A DNA stretch of 64,000 bases from Ascoidea asiatica JCM 7603 (taxonomy: Eukaryota; Fungi; Ascomycota): NCBI GenBank assembly GCA_001600695.1, contig BCKQ01000009.1, positions 140,813 to 204,812 on the forward strand, in the 5' to 3' direction. The notes beneath the pieces were generated by a model. That model was given only the letters and a program-made list of their open reading frames with translations, was not told the DNA's origin and did no database searches. This document shows positions 1 to 9,425 of this stretch, piece by piece (the stretch's first letter is position 1; each line of letters opens with the position of its first letter). The position numbers and the translations under genes are program-made.

Positions 1-2
1 TA

Positions 3-1946
3 GGTATAGAAAGAATAGTTCAAACTATTCCTTTTGAAAGTTCAAGAAAATGGGCAGGTTTAATTGTAGAAAATAAATCTGGTAATTTTACTTTTTATAT
101 TAAAGGTGCTTCTGAAATAGTTTTATCAAAATGTGGTTTTCAATATTCAAATGAAACTGATTCAATTTCTAAAATTACTGATGATGATTTACAAGAAATT
201 TTAACTAAAATTGATACATATGCAAATAATGCTTTAAGAACAATTTCTTTAGCTCATAAAGATTTTGATTCTTGGCCTCCAAAAGGTGATGTTATGAATG
301 AATCTGGTTCAGAAGTTGATCCAAATTTATTTTTTGCTTCTTTCTCTCCTGATATTTCTCAAAATTCTTTATCCGATACTCCTCCCTCACCAACTGTTCC
401 AACTATTGTTGTTGCAGATGAATCAAATTCAGTTAAAAATAATCAAAATTCTTTAACATTAGATGGTTTAGTAGGTATTCAAGATCCTTTAAGAAAAGGT
501 GTCGCTCAAGCTGTTGCACAATGTCAATCAGCTGGTGTAACTGTTAGAATGGTTACTGGTGATAATATTTTAACTGCTAAATCTATTGCTTTGGGATGTG
601 GAATTTTAAACCCTTCTCAATTATCAAATCCAAATTCATGTATGGAAGGTCCAACTTTTAGAAAATTAAGTAAACCTGAAATTAAGAGTATTATACCAAA
701 TTTAAGAGTATTAGCTAGATCATCTCCAGAAGATAAAAGAATTTTAGTTGAAAATTTAAAAGAATTAAATAATGTTGTTGCAGTAACAGGTGATGGAACA
801 AATGATGCACCAGCTTTAAAATTAGCTGATGTTGGTTTTGCAATGGGTATTTCTGGAACTGAAGTTGCTAGAGAAGCATCAGATATTATTTTAATGAGTG
901 ATGATTTTTCTGCAATTGTTAATGCTATAAAATGGGGTAGATGTGTTTCAATTTCAATTAAAAAATTTTTACAATTTCAATTAACAGTTAATATTACTGC
1001 AGTTATATTAACATTTGTATCAGCAGTTGCATCATCATCAGGAGATTCAGTTTTAACAGCAGTTCAATTACTTTGGGTTAATTTAATTATGGATACATTT
1101 GCAGCATTAGCATTAGCTACAGATAAACCAGATCCACTTATTTTAGAAACTAAACCAGATGGTAGAACAGCACCATTAATTGCAATTTCAACATGGAAAA
1201 TGATTCTTGGACAATCAACTACACAACTTATAGTTACTTTTACACTTCATTTTGCAGGTGCCAAAATTTTTTTCAATGGAGTCACAACAAGTCATCAAGA
1301 TACACAATTAAGTGCAATGACATTTAATACATTTGTTTGGCTTCAATTTTGGAAACTTTTTGTAACAAGAAAATTAAATGAAGCAGATGGTATAAGTAAT
1401 ATTAGAGATAGAATAAGTATGAGAAATTTAAATTTTTTTCAAGATTTAACTAGAAATTATTATTTTCTTGGAATTGCACTGATAATTGGTGGTATTCAAA
1501 TTTTAATAATGTTTGTTGGTGGACAAGCATTTTCAATTGCTAAACAAACAGGAGCAATGTGGGGTACAGCAATAATTTGTGGTATGCTTTCATTACCAGC
1601 AGGTATAATTTTAAGAATTATACCAGATGAATGGGTTATAAAAATTTTCCCAACAAGATTATTTAAATGGGTTATTTATCTTATTTCATTTGATTTTATA
1701 AGGAAAAGTAAGAAAGCACCAAGATGGTCGAAAAAGAAAGATGATGAAGAAGAAGCAATAGAAGAAGATAATAAAAATAGTAGTAATAACAATAGTAATT
1801 ATCTTGATACTCAGGAGGAAGAATCTAGAAGTAGAAAAAATTCAGATGCAACAGTTGGACATTTAGGATTACCAAATTCTCAAAAATCTAAAAGTGAAAC
1901 AAGTAGTGTTGATCAAAGTGATGTTTCTACAAGTACAGCAGTTTAG
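3..1946 (+). CDS. PMC1: Vacuolar P-type IIB Ca2+-ATPase, 5'-truncated by the window edge
   Basis: The frame is open from base 3 (GIERIVQTIPFESSRKWAG...KGASE). Motifs DPLR, MVTGDN, ARSSPEDK, VAVTGDGTNDAPALK, KFLQFQLTVN, QLLWVNLIMDTFAALALATD are PMCA/Pmc1-type. Confidence 0.93.
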   Translation, partial: GIERIVQTIPFESSRKWAGLIVENKSGNFTFYIKGASEIVLSKCGFQYSNETDSISKITDDDLQEILTKIDTYANNALRTISLAHKDFDSWPPKGDVMNESGSEVDPNLFFASFSPDISQNSLSDTPPSPTVPTIVVADESNSVKNNQNSLTLDGLVGIQDPLRKGVAQAVAQCQSAGVTVRMVTGDNILTAKSIALGCGILNPSQLSNPNSCMEGPTFRKLSKPEIKSIIPNLRVLARSSPEDKRILVENLKELNNVVAVTGDGTNDAPALKLADVGFAMGISGTEVAREASDIILMSDDFSAIVNAIKWGRCVSISIKKFLQFQLTVNITAVILTFVSAVASSSGDSVLTAVQLLWVNLIMDTFAALALATDKPDPLILETKPDGRTAPLIAISTWKMILGQSTTQLIVTFTLHFAGAKIFFNGVTTSHQDTQLSAMTFNTFVWLQFWKLFVTRKLNEADGISNIRDRISMRNLNFFQDLTRNYYFLGIALIIGGIQILIMFVGGQAFSIAKQTGAMWGTAIICGMLSLPAGIILRIIPDEWVIKIFPTRLFKWVIYLISFDFIRKSKKAPRWSKKKDDEEEAIEEDNKNSSNNNSNYLDTQEEESRSRKNSDATVGHLGLPNSQKSKSETSSVDQSDVSTSTAV

Positions 1947-2333
1947 ATTATATTATATTAGATTATACTTGATTATATTAAATTATTAGATTATTAGATT
2001 ATTAGATTAGATCTAATATGATTTTAAATTTAATATAAAATTGATAAATTAATAAATTGATAAATTGATAATTTGATAGGTTAAATTAATAAATAATATT
2101 TATATTTTCATAGAACTTTTTTAATTAATTATATTTTAGACTTTTTAATAGTTAATTTAATTTTTTTTATTTTTTTTATTTATTTATTTTAAATATTTAT
2201 TTATTTCGTAAATATTCGTAGATATATAATGGACTAAAAATACATATTAAATTAAGAATTATATATAATAAAAGGTATATAAAAAAAAGGTATTAATTGT
2301 AGGTAATAAATAGATTGGTATATATAATTTATA

Positions 2334-3098
2334 TTATTTTTTTGATAAAGAGATAATTGTATCTTGATTTGATTTAAATTGAATATCAATTTGAGATATA
2401 TGAGGTAAAGAATCATCAATATCATTATCATTATCATTATCATTGTCAGTATCAGTTAAAGAATGAGAATCAATTGAATCTATTGATTTTATAATTTTAT
2501 CAGAATTAGAATTATTATTTAAAGTAAAAGAAGATAATGGACTTGTACCTATTTTTTTAGTATTAAGAAAATTATTAAAATCATTTTGATTATTTTCATT
2601 ATTATTTTCATTATTATTTAAATTATTATTTAAATTATTATTTAAATTATTATTTAAAGAATCATTTTCTTCAAAACTTAATAATTTTTTTAAATTTGAA
2701 ACTTTTTTTGGATTTCTTTAAAAATTATAATAATAAATAAAAAAAAGTCAGTTAATTAAATCTTAAAAAAAGTAATATTAAATAATTTTAAATAGATAAT
2801 ATTTTTACATACTTTAAGAATCTTCTTTCTTTATGAAAAAGTAATTTTTTAGAACATGGAGATACATTATTTTTATCAGAAGGAGATATATAATGAAAAT
2901 TTCTTTAATTAAATATTATGTTAGTTAATAGTTAAAAAAGGATATATAATTTATAAAAAAGATTAAATTGAAAATGGAAACATACTTTTGTTTTCTAGCT
3001 AATACTCTTACTTGACTTTTTTTAATTGGTCTATTTTTCAAGATTGGATGTAATTTTTCAATTGGTATTGGAGAAGTAGTTTGAATTTTAGCAGGCAT
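2334..3098 (-). CDS. SPO12: Spo12/Bns1-family protein, 3 exons (3098-2986, 2902-2813, 2715-2334), ~194 aa; not in the ORF track
   Basis: The spliced frame reads MPAKIQTTSP...RKQK-NFHYISPSDKNNVSPCSKKLLFHKERRFLK-NPKK..., containing the Spo12 double-SP motif (SPSD...SPCSKKL). Both introns start GTATGT, have branch-like AACTAAC/AACTGAC and end AAG; the frame is preserved to TAA at 2336-2334. Confidence 0.8.
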
Positions 3099-3769
3099 TT
3101 TTATATTATATTTGATATTTGAATTGATATTTAATTGATATTGAATTGATATTGAATTGATGAGATTTAAACTAGCAATAAAGAAATACTTAATAAGAAG
3201 CTTTAAATTGATAGAATATGTAGAGAGAGAATATATTATTCAATGAGACTCAATTAGTTATAGATATAAAATTGATAGCTTAAATATTTGAAAAATAATT
3301 AATTGAAGAAAAGATATAAGATATAAGAAATAAGAACTAAGAAAAAAGAAATAGTATTTGATACTTAACACACACTTTATAAAAGAATCTAAAGAAGCAT
3401 AATAATTAACCAATTAGTAAGTAAGTAAGAGATTCCTCATTGGCAATAGAAAGAAATAGAGATAATCTTCAATTGACAGACTCTTGGACTTGAAGATATC
3501 ACAGAATTCACTTGGACTCAAGAGCTGGAAAGTGCTTCTTTAGGAAATAAATAAACAATGAAATGATAAAATATATAAAAAATTAAAAAAAATCAAAATC
3601 TTTCACTCGAATTACAAAAAACCAGAGAAATTTGTTCATTTCCAGGCCCAAAACGGGAAAAGGTAAACACACCCAGAAAATGCAACCATCGGCATTACAG
3701 CACATAAACAGGCACCAGCACACGCTAACACGCGGCAACCGACGACAAAAGACCCGCAAAACAGGCGAC

Positions 3770-3778
3770 GTCACAAAT
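3770..3778 (+). promoter_or_regulatory. Middle sporulation element (Ndt80-type GNCRCAAAW) upstream of the SPO12-like gene
   Basis: GTCACAAAT in a GC-rich island about 670 bp upstream of the ATG, with a further CGCAAAA core nearby (~3755). Confidence 0.35.
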
Positions 3779-4276
3779 TAACCCAAATTCTCGTTGCTGG
3801 AGCAGAGTCCGAAGCAGTTTTGAAGCAGTTTTGAAGTTGAAGCAGCAGAATTTGGTGGGTTTGGAGCTTGTAAGAGAGTATTACAAAAAAGAAGTAGGAG
3901 AAGGAGAAGTGGTGGTGGTAGTAGTAGTAGTGGTGGTAGTGGTGGTGTATTGGTGGTGTTTGAGGAGAGGTGAGTATAATATCAATAACCACTCCAGAAG
4001 AAGTTAGATTATTTGTTATGGATACTGCCCAAGAAATTGAGGGAGGCTTCTGAATTGGTTTTACAGATCAAGATATTGAAAATGATGATAATTCTTAATA
4101 ATATGGAATAAATTACGAATCAGCTAAAATAAATAAAAAAAATTTAAAAATAAAAGTAAATGTGCATTTGAGACGTAGATTAAAAACAAAAACCATGTAG
4201 TAGGTTTTTGAATAAAATCTTCGCTAAGAAAGAAAAGTAAAACTTGAATTTTTTCTAGAAGAAAATTTGAAGCTAC

Positions 4277-6486
4277 TTATAGTAAATAAAAAAAGACTGA
4301 AAAGACAGTAAGGATAAAAAAAAAATTTGAAAAGACAGAAATGTGTGAGTCGCAATAAGGAAAACGTAAAGTTTTTGATAAAAAATAAAATTGCATGTTC
4401 TTGCAGAAACTAAAAAGTAATTTGAAAAAAAATAATATTGGAAAAAATGCAGGACTGCATTTTTGGTTAGTAAACAAATATTTAAGGATACCAATTTAAT
4501 TTATAATTGTTTGATTTAACTTGAAATATTTATATTCAAGCTTGACCAATTTTCTTGGAATGTTGAAAAATAATTTACTAGCTGCTCTTGATTAATTGTG
4601 ATTTATTGATTAATTTGATTGAAAAAACAATTGCATAACTGCTGAAAAAGTTTTTGGAGGTGCAACTAATCTCCAAGATTCAGGAAGGTATTTAGACTCA
4701 GGATTTCTGATATAATTCAAAACCTTTTTGGATCTGTTATAATGGCAAACGAAAATGTCTAATTTCCTCTTGTTTGCATTTGTCATAAATGAGTTGTATT
4801 CTTTAGCCGATAGCTTGAGTGGTGCAATTTTAAATCCAGCATTGATTTAATTTAAAAGTGCTTTGATTTGGTATGAAACAGGATAAAGGCAAGCTCCATT
4901 ATTTAAAATAAAAGCTGTAATACCTTTTATCCAAATTTTAAAGACTTTTAAGTAATTAATAGTTGAAGCATAGTTAGATTCATGCTCATACGAGAAACCG
5001 TCAATCAATGATAATATTTGATAATGAAAACCACCCAGACTAAAAGGGATATTGATAGAATTATTATAATATTTGATGTTAGTTTATTTCATTGATAGTG
5101 GTTCTTCAATGTCATTTCTAGTCAGTTGAAGAATAACATCAATATTATCAGATTTATGTTTTGAATCATAAAATCTGTACAATCCATATCCATTAACAAA
5201 AACTAAAACACTATCTTCAATGTCATAATAGAACAGCAACCCAAAATGTTTACAATCCTTTGTAGATTTTGACAAGATTTCAATCATTTGATCATATTTA
5301 TGGTTATCCTCTGATATGATTAGTTAAATATTTTCGTCGCTTTTCAATTTATCCATTAAAGGCATAAATTCAAATTTGATTGCTTTGAGAATTAAGTTAG
5401 TTGATTCTAATTCAACTTCTACTACACCCTCAAGCATATGCATATCAACAAGTGTCTTGATATCACTCATTTCTTCAACAGTATATCCAATATTTAAAGG
5501 TTCCTTGTCTTTACAAACCTTTTTGTTGAAATCTGGAGAAATCGGTGGCTCACAAAAGTGTAAAATATATGGAATCGCATCCTCTGAAATATCAATATTG
5601 TTAGTATCTTCCGCCTCAATGGTATCAGCACTATTTTTATTAATAATTGAAATATACGGGCATAAAGTGAATCTTGCTTAATATCAGGAGGAGGAGGAAA
5701 AATAAGTTTTGGTTCAGGTTCAATTTCAGAATCAGAGGATGAAGCGTTATTATCTGAAGAAGTTGTGGACGTTGAAATATGTTTGATAAGAGATAATGCG
5801 GATAAAGAATTTGTTGTTGATCTTGAATTTTGCTTGTTAAGAAATAATGAAGATGTAGAATTTGATGTTGATGTTGAACTTTGTTGATCAGTGGTAGGTG
5901 ATTTTTAAGTACTAGTTGTAGGAGAATTAGCTATAGTTGAAACATTATTAATTGAATTAATAAAATCTAGAGTAGTGGGTGTAATTTGTGTAAACGGTGA
6001 TTTAGTTGAATTTGGTGAGTTAAATGATTTGGATGAATTATATGAATTAGATAAATTGGATGGATTAGATAAATTGGATGAATTAGATGATTTAGATGAG
6101 TTAGATGCATTAGGTAAATTACTTGCGTTAGTTGAATTATTTAAATTAGTTAACATTTTTGTATTGGCTGCATTAGTTACATTAGTAGTATTAGTTGAAT
6201 TAATTTTATTAGTTGAGTTAGCCAAGTTAGTTATATTAGTGAAATTAGTTGAGTTAGTTGAGTTAGTTGATATTTTTAACAATTATTGAATGATATTAAT
6301 TTCTTTGGTGGTTTTAATTGATTTTTGGATTGATTATTTAAATTGTTTTGTTTAGTTCGTTTTATTTTTTTGTGAAAATTTTGCAGTGGATGCATATGTG
6401 GTAAATTTGAATTATATTGTTATGGAAATTGAATCACGGGATCTTTTGTTTTTTGGGGGTTGGAAAAGGGAGGTCTGAAAGATCAT
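4277..6486 (-). pseudogene. Decayed ~730-codon ORF of unknown family (N/S/T-repeat N-terminal half plus globular-looking C-terminal half); possibly a mobile-element relic
   Basis: ATG at 6486 (MIFQTSLFQPPKNKRSRDS...). One frame runs to ~5680, then one frameshift, then a second frame runs to ~4277. There are 11 in-frame stops, all TAA. ORF-track pieces 5905-6282, 5084-5287 and 4277-4477 are fragments of it. Confidence 0.7.
5995..6270 (-). repeat. Degenerate 9-bp tandem repeat encoding N-S/T-x tripeptides inside the pseudogene
   Basis: Periodic units such as attagttga, attagatga and attggatga on the + strand. Confidence 0.75.
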
Positions 6487-8062
6487 GTTAGGGGTTAATT
6501 ATTGACAACTCATAAACGAGAGTCAAATGGTTTAAGTATGGAACTTAAACCTAAAGCAGGTTCTGCTACAATACTCGTATTCCAGGAAGAATTGTAATAA
6601 CAATGGAATATAATATAAATATAATAAAGACCAAGAATTGAATATGAATATGATTAGAAATATAAATTGTGATTGAAATTGTAGAGCTTGGGCTAATTGA
6701 AATTGAAGTTGGTTAATTTCAAAATTATTGAATAGTTGTAGGGTTTGAGTAATTCATTTCATATAAAAAATGTAATAAATTGTAATAATTGTAATAATTA
6801 TAATAAATTGAATTGAAATGAAAAAAATGCCGAAGGGTTTTATCTGATTAATAAGTAAATAATAAATATATAATTAAATTCATAATGATGATCATGATCA
6901 TGATGAATTACATTTTATTACGATAAATAAGTTTAATTCTCTTCAACAAAAAAAAAAAGAATGTTTATAATTATTAAATTATGTTTCCATGCTTGGAGTA
7001 ATTAATGTTAAGTAAATACAAGTAGGTTCATAGATTTACTCATTTCAATTACTTTAATTCTAAATTCAGATTGAAAGCACTTTTATATTTCATATTTCAT
7101 AACATATATATTCCAATTATGTTAAAGAAAGCCTTCTCAATTTAATTTTATCTTTATTATTATTTAATTTCAACCCTAAAGATTAAATAAACAGCCTAAA
7201 ACGATTTTCAATCCATATTTATTTCATTATTTTACTTTATCTAAATCTTTAGTATGGTATTATTCTGCATAATATAATTTTAAATAATTCAATTAATTTT
7301 TTTTTTTTTTTTTTGCTTACTTTTATTCCTAATTCAGTACAATTTTAAACTAAAATTTACCAAAGTTTCAAGATATTTCAAGATATTTCAAGTTAATTTA
7401 ATAATATTTAAAAAATTTGGTAAATTTCATATTATTTTTTATTATTTTTTATTATTATTTATTATTATTTAATATAAACTTTATAAAAATTGGCTTATTT
7501 AACCAAAACATGGATATAATTAATAAATTTATTCAAATTTATTCATGGATTTAAACAATATGAACATTCCTTCTATACATAAAGATTTAAATTATTATAC
7601 TACTTTATTCAAATCCTAGACACTATTACATTTATTCCAATCCATTTCAATTTATTTCAATTTATTTCAATTTATTTCAATTCATATTACATTCATCAAA
7701 CATTTATTACATATTATAATATCTTCATGTATAATAAATATGGTAATGTAATGGAAAATTTTGTGGTTTTGTTATTAATTTTGGTAATCTATTAATTTAT
7801 TATTATTATTATTATTATCATCATTATCTTTATCAATTAGGTTAATTAATAATCAAATTATCAATTTAATGTATCTATATGATTTAAAAATGATATAAAA
7901 ATGATATGAAAATGGTATAAATTCAACTCATTATCCATTAATTTTTATACTTCTTTCTCCATTAATTTATTACTCACTTACAATTAAAACCTTTTTACAA
8001 TTCATTACTTTCTTAACTAATCACTTTATCACTTTCTCATTTATTTATATCATATTATCAAA

Positions 8063-8920
8063 ATGAAAAGAAGTTGCTCAAGATATATTTCAAAAATTAT
8101 TAAAAAATTTAATTTAAAAGCAAAAATTCAAAAAGAAATTAGAAATAGAAATAATAAAAAAATTTTATTAAAAAAAATTTCAATTAATGGTAAACTTCAA
8201 AGATCTTTAACTCCTTCAATATATTTAAAACCAACTTGGACTTTAGATAATGAAAGATTTTCTGAAAATTTTAATGAAAATTTATCAAATAAATTCCCAA
8301 TAATTAAATCAAAATCTTTACCAAATATTCCTCAAATTCCTAAATCTATAACGATAAATGAAAATAATAAAAGAATGTCAAGAAATTCTTTACTTATAGA
8401 TTTAGCTTTACAAGAATTTAAAAAAGATCATTCAGAATTAATTAATAATAGAAATTCAAGTTCATTCATTCCAGAAATAGTAGAAGAATATAATGAAGAA
8501 TATCAAGAAAGTTTACCTTCAATACCTTCATCTCCAATATGTTCAATAATAACTCCTACTTTTGCTCCAAATTTACTTACAATAAGACAATCTGTTTGTT
8601 TAGATCTTGAAGATTTAAAAATTCCTGAAAGAAATCCATTAAGATTATCTTTATATGATAATAAAAATTTTATTCCAATAATTAATGAAGTTGATGAAGA
8701 TATAATTCAAACTCAAAAAGAATCTCATAAAGAATTAAAAAAAAATAATTCTCCAATTAGAAATTTAAGTATAAAAATTTGTAATTCACCACCTTCAATT
8801 AATTTACCTGATTTACCAAGTTCTCCAACTGAATCAATTTCAAATATTCAAGCAAAATTAACAATGAAAATTATAAATGAAAAAGTAAGAAAAACAAGAT
8901 CATATATGCTTATCAACTAA
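8063..8920 (+). CDS. Hypothetical 285-aa protein (basic N-terminus, Ser/Pro-rich, likely disordered)
   Basis: Long ATG-started ORF with host-like codon usage and an AAAATG start context; no recognisable domain; contains PxRxPxR (IPERNPLR) and several SP sites. Confidence 0.7.
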   Translation: MKRSCSRYISKIIKKFNLKAKIQKEIRNRNNKKILLKKISINGKLQRSLTPSIYLKPTWTLDNERFSENFNENLSNKFPIIKSKSLPNIPQIPKSITINENNKRMSRNSLLIDLALQEFKKDHSELINNRNSSSFIPEIVEEYNEEYQESLPSIPSSPICSIITPTFAPNLLTIRQSVCLDLEDLKIPERNPLRLSLYDNKNFIPIINEVDEDIIQTQKESHKELKKNNSPIRNLSIKICNSPPSINLPDLPSSPTESISNIQAKLTMKIINEKVRKTRSYMLIN

Positions 8921-9425
8921 TAAATTTATCCTACCTTAATTTTAAGTTCAACTCCTGATTTAGTTGTAAACTCATTCATTTTTAAATGTGTTTCCCATAC
9001 TAAAAATTTTCACCTTCAGAAAAATAAATTAATTCTTCATGAAACATTTCATGAAGTTTATTGTAATCCTAACAATAAGTAATCTTAATTCACTTTCATA
9101 GTTTGAATGATAACTCATAAATCTTATAATTTTATAATTCTAGTTTTATTGTTTTTTATAGTTATATATATAGATTACTTTCGTATTATATATTTTTATT
9201 CTTTTTTATTTTTTTTTAATATTATAGATTCATTATTAATTATTATAGGTCTAAAAGACCAGAGCAGAAAAATCAAATTTTGAAAGTACAATAAATTTGG
9301 CAAATTCATCTTGATTGCAAAAAAGCTTTATTAAAAATGGGTTAGAAATTCAAATAAATTGTATCGAAAAGAAAAAAATAATATAAAACTACGTAATAGT
9401 TAGTTAGTTAAAAAAAAAAAGACAT

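Noticed and set aside
2252-2443. 63-aa ORF MIMIMII...
   Set aside because: Out-of-frame reading of exon 3 of the SPO12-like gene.
5975-6289. Plus-strand 104-aa ORF with LDELD/LVEL repeats
   Set aside because: Antisense shadow of the 9-bp repeat in the minus-strand pseudogene.
6880-6910. ATGATGA box C-like motifs suggesting a C/D snoRNA
   Set aside because: No suitably placed downstream CTGA box D or terminal stem; likely a simple ATGATC repeat.
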